From positions 65,136 to 129,135 of the forward strand of contig JAQTSY010000003.1 in NCBI GenBank assembly GCA_028711065.1: a DNA stretch of 64,000 nt. The letters are read 5' to 3'. The notes below the pieces were generated by a model. The model did no database searches. It was not told where the DNA came from and was given only the letters and a program-made list of their open reading frames with translations. This document shows positions 11,001-19,832 of this stretch, piece after piece. The translations under genes were made by a program, and so were the position numbers. Within the stretch, counting starts at the first letter, position 1, and each line of letters begins with the position of its first letter. The DNA comes from Minisyncoccota bacterium (GTDB lineage: Bacteria > Patescibacteriota > Minisyncoccia > Phycocordibacterales > JAQTLZ01).

Positions 11001-11773
11001 AGTCGCTTGTTGAGTTTCTCTGTCTTCATCGGGCCTGCTTTTTCAATTTCCGCTTCAAGATTTTTTGCGAGTTTATTAAGGTCGATCTTTCGGAAAATGT
11101 TGTAGACGGCTTCTGCTCCAATTCCAGCCTCAAAAAGCGTGCCGTATTTTACAGAGTAGTTGTGGTACGAAACCTCATCAAGCACCATTCCTTCCTGAAT
11201 AGCTTCAATTTCTTTCTTGGTTGCAGAAAGTTTTTCTTTGATAGCATCCCGGGATTTTTCATCAACGAGAGGTTTTACTTTCGCTTTGTATTCAGAATCT
11301 ACATCTTTCAAAATTCTTGCTCGCTCTGCTTCATCAACTTTCGTAATGATATATCCGGCAAAGTAGATAACTTTTTCAAGATCAGCAGTATTCATGCCGA
11401 GAATCATTCCGATTCGAGACGGCATGCTCCGGAGAAACCAAATATGAGAAACTGGGGTTGCAAGCTCGATGTGGCCCATTCGCTCTCGTCGGACTATTGA
11501 ACGCGTGATTTCCACTCCGCATTTCTCGCAGACAATTCCTTTATATCGAACTCCCCGGTACTTTCCGCAGTAACATTCGAAATCCCGATCCGGTCCGAAT
11601 ATCTTTTCATCGAAAAGCCCGCTCTTTTCAGAACGCTGGGTTCGGTAGTTAATTGTCTCCGGTTTCAAAACTTCTCCGAATGACCATTCTTTAATTCGAT
11701 CAGGAGAAGCGAGCTTCAACGTAATCATGTCGAAGTCATTCAAATCTCCCGGTTTTGTGATGTTTGTTTTCAT
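8087..11773 (-). CDS. rpoC: DNA-directed RNA polymerase beta' subunit
   Basis: NADFDGDQMAVH catalytic motif, N-terminal zinc-binding CYCGKY...CEKCGVE, 1228 aa. Confidence 0.95.
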   Translation of the reverse strand: MKTNITKPGDLNDFDMITLKLASPDRIKEWSFGEVLKPETINYRTQRSEKSGLFDEKIFGPDRDFECYCGKYRGVRYKGIVCEKCGVEITRSIVRRERMGHIELATPVSHIWFLRSMPSRIGMILGMNTADLEKVIYFAGYIITKVDEAERARILKDVDSEYKAKVKPLVDEKSRDAIKEKLSATKKEIEAIQEGMVLDEVSYHNYSVKYGTLFEAGIGAEAVYNIFRKIDLNKLAKNLEAEIEKAGPMKTEKLNKRLSLVKSMINTEIRPEWMFLTSIPVIPPALRPMVPLDGGRYATSDVNDLYRRVINRNNRLKKLKEIFAPDVILRNEKRILQEAVDALVDNSIRHGGGSSAALTQSQRRALKSLSDNLKGKRGLFRQNLLGKRVDYSGRSVIVVGPELKLNQCGLPKHMALELFRPFVVSKLLERELAYNIRGAGRLIDDGIAEVWAILEEVISNKYVLLNRAPTLHRLGIQAFKPILIEGNAIQVHPLVCTAFNADFDGDQMAVHVPLSREAQIEAKEIMASDKNILKPGSGNIVISVDKLDIVLGCYWMTTIIPGEKGEGKYFSRPNTAITTYDFGEVSYRALIKVLPTEDIRYAKFEGKIFDTSVGRLLFNSVLPKDYPYVNEEMTRKKMSVLVDDLIDRYGIYNVADIVDKIKAFGFKHATLSGTTWGIDDIQEPKDKMKVINEAKAQAETVQEQFNEGLLSAEERLRKNVEIWHKAKNEVEKLMPDTLVKNGSVYDMINSGARGSFSQITQMAGMKGLITNTAGETIEFPILSSSKNGLTPIEYFITTHGSRKGLTDTALNTAKAGYLTRRLFDVAQDAIIQEEDCGTKDHVKISRMHGNSIDPNFGKNLKGRVTAAEVSDSKGKTLFKKGHLMTKEDVKKIEASDAVEVSVRSPLTCKSAQGVCIQCYGFDLGRNELIGLGEAVGTVAAQAIGEPGTQLTMRTFHAGGTASVGGDITQGLPRVEEIFEKRKPKNPAVISEVGGVVTSVKDLGKEKVITVLPDMEDRVKPTKKKPEAEIEYSANYKRVALVKVGDKVKKGDFLTDGSADIDEIFKYGGKEKAEMYIISEVNKIYELQGETVSRKHIEVIVRQMFSRRKVTDAGDSAFSAGDVIENTHLLAENIRMKEKGGTPAEAEQIVMGISEVSLSRKSFLSAASFQHTTRVLINNAIRGTSDTLRGLKENIIIGRLIPAGTGFKGGPKWKLVEKTGVVENESSEE

Positions 11774-11797
11774 AGTATTTTTGGGTTGAGAGAGATT

Positions 11798-14700
11798 TTA
11801 TTTCTCTGATGAATTAGCTGGTAATTTTTTATCTTTTTTGAGTTCAATATCAAGCGCGAGTCCTCGAAGGTTGTTGAGGAGCACGTTGAATGAAGCAGGA
11901 ATATTCGGTTCTGGAATTGGCATGCCCTTCACAATCGCATCGAACGCGGCAGAACGTCCTACGATATCGTCTGATTTTACGGTCAACACTTCGCGAAGAG
12001 TATGGGCGGCACCGTGACCAAGAAGCGCCCAGACTTCCATTTCCCCGAATCGCTGGCCTCCTCCCTGTGCCTTTCCTCCGAGAGGCTGTTGGGTAATGAG
12101 AGAATAGGGACCGATTGAACGCATGTGGATCTTATCTTCCACCATGTGGTGAAGTTTCAAGATGTACATGTATCCGACTGCAATATTTTGCTCGAATGCC
12201 GTTCCTGTTCGTCCGTCGTAGAGTTTCATTTTTCCATCCTCGCTGTATCCTGCCTTTTTGAGCTCTCCTTTAATTTCAGCATGAGTCGCTCCGGCAAATG
12301 GAGGAACAACTGCTTGATAATTCAAAGTATGTGCGGCAAGTCCGAGGTGAAGCTCGAGAATCTGTCCCAAGTTCATACGTGAAGGCACACCAAGAGGAGT
12401 CAAAATAATATCAATCGGAGTTCCATCTTCCATGTGCGGCATATCTTCGATCGGAAGAATCTTTGAAATAACTCCTTTGTTTCCGTGTCGTCCTGCAAGT
12501 TTGTCTCCCACAGATACGCTTCGAAGCTGTGCGACTTCAATATGGATTTTCTTAATAATTCCAGATTCAAGTTTGTCTCCTCTTTCTCGGGAGAATACTT
12601 GGACTCCAATAACTCGTCCTCGCTTTCCGTTTTCAATTCGCTTTGAAGTGTCTTTTACATCTCGAGCTTTTTCACCGAAGAGTGATCGGAGAAGTCGTTC
12701 TTCCGGAGTAAGCTGTGTCTCACCTTTTGGAGTAATTTTACCGACAAGAATATCGCCGGGGCGTACTTCTGCACCAACGCGGATAATTCCCTCTTCATCA
12801 AGATTTTTGAGTTTCGCTTCTCCGACGTTTGGAATATCGTGAGTAGTAATTTCGGGACCGAGTTTAGTGTCGCGGACGTTTACGGTAAATTCCTCGATGT
12901 GCACGGAGCTGAATTTGCTCTCTCGCACCAGTCTTTCAGAAAGAATGATAGCGTCTTCGTAGTTACTACCGCTCCATGACATGAACGCGACGAGAATATT
13001 TTGTCCAAGAGCCATCTCTCCTGCATCTGAAGAAGAAGTATCAACAAGAACATCTCCTTTCTTTACTTTTTGGCCGACATTCACTGCTGGTCTCTGGTGG
13101 AAAGAAGTAAATCCGTTCGTTCGCGAGAAATGCACAAGCCGAGTTTCCTGTTCTTTTCCTTTTGCATTTTTGACGACAACTCGATCAGCATCCACGTGAG
13201 TAACTGTTCCTTCTTCGCTCGCTATAACGAGTCGTCCTGTGTCCCGAACTGCTTTTGCTTCAATACCTGTCGCAACAAGCGGAGCTTCAGGGAGAATACA
13301 CGGAGTCGCTTGCTTTTGCATGTTCGAACCCATGAGCGCTCGGTTCGCATCGTCGTGGTTTAGGAATGGAATGAGAGATGTCGCAACAGAAAATGCCTGA
13401 TTCGTTGCCACGTCAATAAAATCAACTTTATTTTTATCTACTAAACCCGGATCTCCTTCGATGCGAACTTCTACTTTTTCATCGAGAATATTTCCCTCTT
13501 CGTCGTAGTTAGTCGCAGCATGAGCAATATTAAATTTCTCTTCTTCGAGAGCGTTTAAATAGAGAACCTCGTCAGTGATCTTTCCGTTCTTTACTTTTGC
13601 ATACGGCGTCTCGATCATTCCGAAATCATTGATTCGAGAATAAAGGGCGAGGCGCAAGATAAGACCGATGTTCGGACCTTCTGGGGTGTGAATAGGACAA
13701 AGTCTTCCGTAGTGCGAAGGGTGCACGTCTCGAACTTCAAATCCTGCTCGACTTCGTGTGAGCCCCCCGGGACCGAGAGTAGAAAGGGTTCTCAAGTGCT
13801 CGATTTCAGTAAGCGCATTTTCCTGCTGCATGAATTGCGAGAGCTGGTTGGTAGTGAAGAATTCCTTGAGTCGTGCCTGAAGCGGTTTTGGAGAAATGAA
13901 ATGGACAGGAAGCGTCATATTCGTGTCTATAGTAGACATCCTGTTTTGGATATTTCGCTTCATCTGGCTCATACCAACACGAATTTTCTGTTGCATGAGC
14001 TCTCCGACGTATCGTACTCGTCTGGAACCCAAGTGATCGATATCATCAGGAAGAGAACCGGGAGTGGTGTTTAAAACAATGAGATGATTGATGATGGTAA
14101 CAAGATCATCGAGAGTAAGCGTTCTCTTTTCGATGTCTTTCTCCGCCATGCTCTTTGCAAATCGGCTGTTGAATCGGAATCGTCCCACTTTCGAAAGATC
14201 GTATCGTTCTGTTCCGAAAATAGATTCAATAAATTCCCGAGCGTTATCAGGAGTCGCAAGATCTCCGTCTCGGAGTCGCTTGTGAATTTCGATCGCGGAA
14301 TCATCTGCAGATTTTGCTGGATCTTTTTCAATTGAATTTTTGATGTATTCGGTCGCAGTTGCGTTTCCCTTGAAAAGCGCGAGAATTTTCTCATCTGTCG
14401 GGGCGCCCATAACGCGTAGAAGTGACGCGAGAGAGAATTTTCGCTTTCGGTCAATGCGAACATAGAACGTATTATCTACATCTGTTTCAATTTCCACCCA
14501 TGCTCCGCGAGATGGGATAATTTTTGCGCCAAAATATTTCTTTGCCTTGATTTCTGTTGCAGTGAAAAAGACACCGAATGAGCGAGCGAGCTGGGGAACG
14601 ATAACACGCTCAACTCCGTTAATAATGAATGTCCCGTGACTCGTCATGAACGGAAAGTCCGCCATGAAAATTTCCTGCTCCTTGGTCTCGCCAAGGATCT

Positions 14701-15049
14701 TATTTTTGAGCTTTACTGTAACTTTGAGAGGCGCTTCGTATGAAAACTTCTTTCGTTTTGATTCAAATTCGTCGAGTTTCGGAAATCCGAGCTCAATTTT
14801 TGTGAACTCAAGATCAAATTTCTTTTCCGAGTAGTCTTTGATTGGAGAAAATTCCTTGAACACCTCCTTGATCCCCTCTTCCATGAGCCACTGGAAAGAA
14901 GCCACTTGGGATTCCACCAAGTTTGGCATCGGGGTTAGAGCCTTTTTCCATCTTCCGAAATATTTCTTCGGTCTCTGTCCAACCGTCAGTACAGACACTT
15001 CCATTTTCTTTTCTTTCGGACTCGCAACTACATTTGAAGATGTTTCCAT
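11798..15049 (-). CDS. rpoB: DNA-directed RNA polymerase beta subunit
   Basis: 1083-aa translation conserved along its length with RpoB; immediately upstream of rpoC. Confidence 0.95.
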   Translation of the reverse strand: METSSNVVASPKEKKMEVSVLTVGQRPKKYFGRWKKALTPMPNLVESQVASFQWLMEEGIKEVFKEFSPIKDYSEKKFDLEFTKIELGFPKLDEFESKRKKFSYEAPLKVTVKLKNKILGETKEQEIFMADFPFMTSHGTFIINGVERVIVPQLARSFGVFFTATEIKAKKYFGAKIIPSRGAWVEIETDVDNTFYVRIDRKRKFSLASLLRVMGAPTDEKILALFKGNATATEYIKNSIEKDPAKSADDSAIEIHKRLRDGDLATPDNAREFIESIFGTERYDLSKVGRFRFNSRFAKSMAEKDIEKRTLTLDDLVTIINHLIVLNTTPGSLPDDIDHLGSRRVRYVGELMQQKIRVGMSQMKRNIQNRMSTIDTNMTLPVHFISPKPLQARLKEFFTTNQLSQFMQQENALTEIEHLRTLSTLGPGGLTRSRAGFEVRDVHPSHYGRLCPIHTPEGPNIGLILRLALYSRINDFGMIETPYAKVKNGKITDEVLYLNALEEEKFNIAHAATNYDEEGNILDEKVEVRIEGDPGLVDKNKVDFIDVATNQAFSVATSLIPFLNHDDANRALMGSNMQKQATPCILPEAPLVATGIEAKAVRDTGRLVIASEEGTVTHVDADRVVVKNAKGKEQETRLVHFSRTNGFTSFHQRPAVNVGQKVKKGDVLVDTSSSDAGEMALGQNILVAFMSWSGSNYEDAIILSERLVRESKFSSVHIEEFTVNVRDTKLGPEITTHDIPNVGEAKLKNLDEEGIIRVGAEVRPGDILVGKITPKGETQLTPEERLLRSLFGEKARDVKDTSKRIENGKRGRVIGVQVFSRERGDKLESGIIKKIHIEVAQLRSVSVGDKLAGRHGNKGVISKILPIEDMPHMEDGTPIDIILTPLGVPSRMNLGQILELHLGLAAHTLNYQAVVPPFAGATHAEIKGELKKAGYSEDGKMKLYDGRTGTAFEQNIAVGYMYILKLHHMVEDKIHMRSIGPYSLITQQPLGGKAQGGGQRFGEMEVWALLGHGAAHTLREVLTVKSDDIVGRSAAFDAIVKGMPIPEPNIPASFNVLLNNLRGLALDIELKKDKKLPANSSEK

Positions 15050-15371
15050 AGGTTTTTTCTGCTAATGCTAGTAATAAAGATTAATAAAAGCTCTTTGCGC
15101 GCACAAAACAAAAAAGTCGCCCGTTGCCGAGCACTTTTTTGTTTTTTATTATTTATTTCGTCTTGTGTTGCAAGATATGCAATGCTTAAAGAGCCGAAAC
15201 GGCTCTAAATAACGACGAAAATCACCCGTAACACAATCTTACTGAAGTGGCAGAATTATATTCCTTTTCGAATTTTATGTCAACAGGGTAAAAAGAAGCT
15301 TGTGGATAACTTATTCCCCTCCCAAACCGCCTTGGGGATGGATGTTTTTATCCTGTATGCTATAGTGGCTG

Positions 15372-15554
15372 AGAGCCTGTTCCAAATCTAATGTCTAGTT
15401 AGAACTTCAAAATTTAGTGCGAAAATCGTGAAGCTTGAGAAGGCATATCCGAGATACGCCGACGAGAGATGAACGATTTGCAGCCTAAATTTTGAAGTTA
15501 TAACAGACAAACATCATAGGTCTTAATTTTGAGGTTAGATTTGGAACAGGCTCT
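15372..15554. repeat. Nested inverted-repeat element (MITE-like or structured RNA) in the rpoB / response-regulator divergent region
   Basis: Perfect 20-bp outer IR AGAGCCTGTTCCAAATCTAA (15372-15391) / TTAGATTTGGAACAGGCTCT (15535-15554); perfect 15-bp inner IR AACTTCAAAATTTAG (15403-15417) / CTAAATTTTGAAGTT (15485-15499); a further imperfect inner pairing and a third degenerate copy of the inner motif at ~15521-15535. Confidence 0.6.
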
Positions 15555-15575
15555 AACAGTAACATTATATTTACT

Positions 15576-15953
15576 ATGTCATTAGAAAATAAAAAGATTC
15601 TTATCATTGAAGACGACGCATTCTTTGCTGATCTCGTCACGAAAAAGTTAGGGAAAGTCGGAGCAGTTATGTCTCACGCAGGAAGCGGAGAAGAAGGGCT
15701 TAAGATGGCAGAAGAAGGAAAGCCGCAACTCATTCTCTGCGATGTGTTGCTCCCCGGAATTGACGGATTTGAAACGGTGAAGAGACTCAAAGCAAGCGAA
15801 TCAACAAAAATGATCCCGATTGTCATCCTTTCGAACTTCGGTTCTGATGATCAGATCAAACAAGGCCAAAAACTCGGTGTTACAACGTATCTCATTAAGG
15901 CAACAGTAACTCCTGAAGATATTATTAAGGAGGCGGAGTCGATACTCAAATAG
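15576..15953 (+). CDS. Single-domain response-regulator receiver (CheY-like)
   Basis: KILIIEDD...LILCDVLLPGIDGFE...K receiver motifs (acid pocket DD, phospho-Asp, conserved Lys); no output domain. Confidence 0.8.
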   Translation: MSLENKKILIIEDDAFFADLVTKKLGKVGAVMSHAGSGEEGLKMAEEGKPQLILCDVLLPGIDGFETVKRLKASESTKMIPIVILSNFGSDDQIKQGQKLGVTTYLIKATVTPEDIIKEAESILK

Positions 15954-15959
15954 TCACTC

Positions 15960-16113
15960 GGAACATCTCACAAAGACAGCAGAAAAAGCCCCCAGCGGGG
16001 CTTTTTCCTCATCCTCGGCGGTTTCCGCTGTGGTATAGTTTTGCCCCGAAGGCAAAATTACACCACATCGGACCAAGCAAACTCGCCTGCGGACTGTCTT
16101 TGTGAGATGTTCC
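15960..16113. repeat. 154-bp element bounded by perfect 20-bp terminal inverted repeats, enclosing an intrinsic terminator
   Basis: GGAACATCTCACAAAGACAG (15960-15979) and its exact reverse complement CTGTCTTTGTGAGATGTTCC (16094-16113); internal A5-GCCCC-AGC-GGGGC-T5 hairpin at 15984-16008 and a second hairpin TTTTGCC-CCGAA-GGCAAAA. Confidence 0.6.
15984..16008. terminator. Bidirectional intrinsic terminator downstream of the response regulator
   Basis: AAAAAGCCCCAGCGGGGCTTTTT. Confidence 0.75.
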
Positions 16114-16176
16114 TCGCTTGCGCGCTAACAAGTTTCCGCAATGTTTTTAAAAGCTTATTTCTCGCCTTAGTGGTAA

Positions 16177-16854
16177 TTATTTTGTAAATTTGAAAGTCGG
16201 AAGCATCTGAAGAAATACGCTTCGGTAGACAGGATTATTTTTTAACCCAACAGTTTCGATGTTATAAGCTTTCTCATCTAAAGCTGTTTTTTTCAAAAAG
16301 ACTTCCACTGACCCTCCATTAACATCTTGAAAATCTACAATGGTAGCATCTCTGCCATCTATTGTAATATTCTTGCGAGACTGTATAAATGAACTGCAAA
16401 AAATACTACCCTTACCAATATCTTGAGAACAATACCCATCCTGTCGGATATCTGTCATATCGTTTCTTATACTGATTACAGGGGAGTTATTAAGCCCTCC
16501 GCCGCTACAATCATCAACTGTTTTATATTCGGGGCCACAGAAATTTACAATGGGAGAACCTGGTTCATTGCTCACAATCCAATTTGCTGGATATTTTATT
16601 TCGTATGCCTGCATCTTATTCTGATAGGTTTTCCAGCCAACCGTCGGATTCGTCTGAGTTGAAACTTTGGGTGTCGGAGTTGTAGATTTAACAGAAATAT
16701 TCTGTTTAACTTGATTCGATTGCTGTATCCCAAGATCAGTTGCGGGAGTTTCTGTTTTTTTATTTTGATAAATATAAACTCCGCCACCAACAACCAATAA
16801 TACAATAATCGCTAAAAGCAGAGGAACGATAAAACCTTTTTTATAATTTTTCAT
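16177..16854 (-). CDS. Hypothetical secreted or membrane-anchored protein
   Basis: N-terminal TM/signal segment (FIVPLLLAIIVLLVVGGGVYIY), Cys-containing C-terminal domain; no recognised motif. Confidence 0.5.
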   Translation of the reverse strand: MKNYKKGFIVPLLLAIIVLLVVGGGVYIYQNKKTETPATDLGIQQSNQVKQNISVKSTTPTPKVSTQTNPTVGWKTYQNKMQAYEIKYPANWIVSNEPGSPIVNFCGPEYKTVDDCSGGGLNNSPVISIRNDMTDIRQDGYCSQDIGKGSIFCSSFIQSRKNITIDGRDATIVDFQDVNGGSVEVFLKKTALDEKAYNIETVGLKNNPVYRSVFLQMLPTFKFTK

Positions 16855-16874
16855 ACTAGAATCATACCATATGC

Positions 16875-18983
16875 CTAGACCAAGGAACTACCGGAAGTTG
16901 GGGGGGTCGGAGGAGGAGTTGGGGGTGTTTGCGGTGGCGGAGGAGTTTGATCTCGAAGCACCCCAGTAGTTGAAATGGTGTAGCTTTCTTTGATCATCCC
17001 GCTCTTGCCAGCGTGGATTGTCGGAGAAGTGAATACTTTTGTATAGGTTCCATCATCATTTTTCTTTTCAACCGTAATGTAGTAATTTCCGAATGGAACA
17101 AGACAGTAGTATCGGCCGTGGATGTCCGCTACTCGATGTGTCATTTCTCGGCCAAGACTTACCGAGAACACGCGGACGATCGCAAATGAAAGTGGCAACT
17201 TAGTTTCTTTATCGATAAGACTGCCAGTCGGTGTGGGTCGGAAGACAAAATATTTAAGAGCGAGCATAAAGAGATACACCACGAAGACAATAATGTTGTA
17301 AGGCTCTGGAGCAACAAGAAGCACGGCAAAAGCAATAACAAGGCCGACATAGAAGAAGATATTTGAAATTCTATGAATAAGAACATCGTGGCGAGAGTAG
17401 AATTTTGTGAGTTGTTGTTTCCCTTTTGCAAATTCGTTGAAGTCAAATTTCTGCGGATCGAGCGGAATATTTTTCGTAACCGTCTCCCCTGCCTGGCCAA
17501 CAACGATCGGCTCACCGAAATAGAGATCTTTGTAGAGAACATCTTCTGTCTTGCCTAGAAGTGCCTTGGACGGGAACGTATAGTTGGTTTTATTCGCAAC
17601 CAGTTTATACGTGCCCGGCTCAAGCAAGAATCCATACCGGCCATCAAGATCTGTAATTGAAGAAGTGATTTCCTCGCCCTTGCCGTCTTCGAGGACAACA
17701 TATGCAGGATCAAGCGGCTGTTTCGTCACAGAATCGTATACCACTCCCCATGGCTGGCGTTTTTTCTTTTTCAAACCAAAGATGCCGAGAAGAAGGCTCC
17801 ACAATCGAAGTGGCAAGAAGACCAACTCTGAAAACACGATCGGTGTCGCAAAAACAGCACCTGCCGCAGCACCCGCCTCCGTTACGACTCCAACACTCGG
17901 CAATACTTTGGTAAGTATCCCACCCGAAGGAGTCTTTATGACTTCTCGAACAGTAGTTGCTCCTGAATCAATGACGTTTTTGACTGCTGGTGGAAGTGGG
18001 GGAAGCGGAGGGAAAAAGGGTGGAGGCGTTGGTCCTGCGGCTGGAGGGGTCGGTCCTGGCGTACCTATAGTTGTGCCAATCGGCGTTGGAGTTTCGCCAA
18101 AAGGAGATCCGGAAGGTGTGGGAGAAGTGGTATCAGCTGGAGTAGGAGTTGGAGTCTCACCTAAAGGCGTGGGAGTTGGAGTTTCGCCAACTGGTGTTGG
18201 TGTTATACCGGGAGTAGGAGTTGGGGTTGGGGTTGGGGTGACTTCGGGGGTCGGGCTAGGGGTGACTTCGGGAGTAGGAGTTGGGGTCGGTGTGGGGGTT
18301 CCCCCTCCACCACCACCTCCGTGGGGAGTGGGGCTCGGAGTTGCCGTAGGAAGAGGATCTGTCTCATCATCATCAATACCGGAAGAACAACCCGGATCAT
18401 CGGGGTAATCAATTATTGTATCTCCGTCATTATCAATGCCATCGCTACATTGAAATGCTCGCGCACTCGCGGGTCTCCAATCTGTGGTTACCTTAAAATT
18501 CCCCACTCCCAAATCGTGTGTAGCCTTATTAAAAACAATCCAGCCGTAATTTTGACTCCAAGCATATCCATGAAAATCGCCGTTGGAGTCAATAGTCACC
18601 GGCGCCACACCACTGAAAGTCGGATGGAAATTTATCCAGCCAGTTTGCTCTCCCCAAGCAGCACCACTGCTACAGGCATTGTCCAAATTTCCTTCTCCAT
18701 CATTTGTCACTCCACAACCTGGCGGAGAGAGATTAATCCATCCGACGCGATCTCCCCATACGCATCCTGTAAGAGCTGTGTCCGTCACATGAACAACAGA
18801 AGTCACACAAGGAGTAGTGGTACCAGTCACACCAAAATTTATTGTCCCGAGAGTTGTGTCATAAAATTTCGCGAACTTATTTGTAGTATCAATAGTGCCG
18901 TCTGTATGAGAAGCAGAGGCGTGAGATGCAAAAAAAGTCGCTCCAAAGAGAACAAGCGCGGAAAGGAAAAAGATGCGTTTCAT
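16875..18983 (-). CDS. Large cell-surface protein with a Pro/Thr-rich linker and two carboxypeptidase-regulatory-like (Cna-B-like) domains plus TM segments
   Basis: Signal peptide [24 protein letters not shown] (I prefer the ATG at 18983; the ORF extends in frame to a GTG at 19004); [16 protein letters not shown]... low-complexity run; two DGRYGFL..GTYKL-like repeats; C-terminal PPTPPPTPP. Confidence 0.6.
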   Translation of the reverse strand: MKRIFFLSALVLFGATFFASHASASHTDGTIDTTNKFAKFYDTTLGTINFGVTGTTTPCVTSVVHVTDTALTGCVWGDRVGWINLSPPGCGVTNDGEGNLDNACSSGAAWGEQTGWINFHPTFSGVAPVTIDSNGDFHGYAWSQNYGWIVFNKATHDLGVGNFKVTTDWRPASARAFQCSDGIDNDGDTIIDYPDDPGCSSGIDDDETDPLPTATPSPTPHGGGGGGGTPTPTPTPTPEVTPSPTPEVTPTPTPTPTPGITPTPVGETPTPTPLGETPTPTPADTTSPTPSGSPFGETPTPIGTTIGTPGPTPPAAGPTPPPFFPPLPPLPPAVKNVIDSGATTVREVIKTPSGGILTKVLPSVGVVTEAGAAAGAVFATPIVFSELVFLPLRLWSLLLGIFGLKKKKRQPWGVVYDSVTKQPLDPAYVVLEDGKGEEITSSITDLDGRYGFLLEPGTYKLVANKTNYTFPSKALLGKTEDVLYKDLYFGEPIVVGQAGETVTKNIPLDPQKFDFNEFAKGKQQLTKFYSRHDVLIHRISNIFFYVGLVIAFAVLLVAPEPYNIIVFVVYLFMLALKYFVFRPTPTGSLIDKETKLPLSFAIVRVFSVSLGREMTHRVADIHGRYYCLVPFGNYYITVEKKNDDGTYTKVFTSPTIHAGKSGMIKESYTISTTGVLRDQTPPPPQTPPTPPPTPPTSGSSLV
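17995..18340. repeat. Tandem, degenerate Pro/Thr-coding repeats inside the surface-protein gene
   Basis: Reiterated GGAGTTGGGGTTGGGGT / GGTGTTGG units on the plus strand, encoding the PT-rich linker. Confidence 0.55.
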
Positions 18984-19019
18984 CGTAGAAGAAAGAAACT
19001 TCACACCTCTATTGTACTA

Positions 19020-19040
19020 TGAAAAAAGGAGGCCTTTTAG
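19020..19040 (-). terminator. Terminator downstream of trmD
   Basis: AAAAGG-AGG-CCTTTT hairpin giving a T-tract on the minus strand. Confidence 0.5.
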
Positions 19041-19085
19041 AGAAATGTGGAAAAGCCAAACAACACCATAGGAAAAACAGAAGGT

Positions 19086-19781
19086 TTATTTTCGAGCCTT
19101 CCACTCATCAATTTTTTGATGATGGCCAGAGAGAAGCACTTTTGGCACCTTATATTTTTTACCCTTATGAGTGAGCACTTCCGGCCTTGTGTAGACTTCC
19201 GAGCTTGAAACACGCGATTCTTCGAGAGAATTAAAATTGCCGAGTACTCCGGGAATCTGACGAGAGACGGAGTCAATAAGAACCATTGCCGGAAGCTCCC
19301 CTCCTGTAAGCACATAATCCCCGATTGAGATTTCTTCAGCCTTAAGAATTTTCTGCACTCGTGCATCAATTCCTTCGTACCTCCCGCAGATAAGAATTAC
19401 GTCTCCTGACATGTGCGCTAAATCTCGCGCTTTTTTTGTTGTAAATTTTTCTCCGCTTGGTGAAAATAAAATTATTTTTACTTTTTTCTTACTCCCTTTT
19501 GCTTTTGCAACAGCTTTCAAAATTGGCTCGGCTTCCATGACCATCCCTGGGCCCCCGCCATACGGCTTGTCGTCTACTCTTATGTAAGGGATAAATTTTT
19601 TACCATTCTTTCCTTTTGGCAATTTACCCCGTAGGAAGCTCCGCTTTCCTACTGGGGCGAAATCCCGAGGATTGTAAAATTTCACAGAGATTTTCTTTTC
19701 CCGAATTGCGCGAGCAATAATAGACTCATTCAAATATGAGGCAAAGCTGTCTGGAAATAAGGTAACAACATGAAAATTCAT
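19086..19781 (-). CDS. trmD: tRNA (guanine37-N1)-methyltransferase TrmD
   Basis: MNFHVVTLFPD..., ...ICGRYEGIDARV SPOUT motifs. Confidence 0.9.
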   Translation of the reverse strand: MNFHVVTLFPDSFASYLNESIIARAIREKKISVKFYNPRDFAPVGKRSFLRGKLPKGKNGKKFIPYIRVDDKPYGGGPGMVMEAEPILKAVAKAKGSKKKVKIILFSPSGEKFTTKKARDLAHMSGDVILICGRYEGIDARVQKILKAEEISIGDYVLTGGELPAMVLIDSVSRQIPGVLGNFNSLEESRVSSSEVYTRPEVLTHKGKKYKVPKVLLSGHHQKIDEWKARK

Positions 19782-19832
19782 TGTGCTACTCTAACACAAT
19801 TTTAGATTTTTTCAATACTGTGGCAGAAAAGG

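Noticed and set aside
8393-11500. Long plus-strand ORFs (8393..9160, 10724..11500 and others) inside rpoC
   Set aside because: They are antisense shadow frames of a highly conserved gene; their low-complexity, stop-free stretches are expected opposite a long GC-balanced CDS, and they show no motifs.
17584-19022. Plus-strand ORFs (17584..18408, 18321..19022) across the PT-rich surface-protein gene
   Set aside because: Repeat-driven open frames antisense to a gene that has a clear signal peptide and domain repeats; their composition (G/V/P runs) mirrors the PT repeats.
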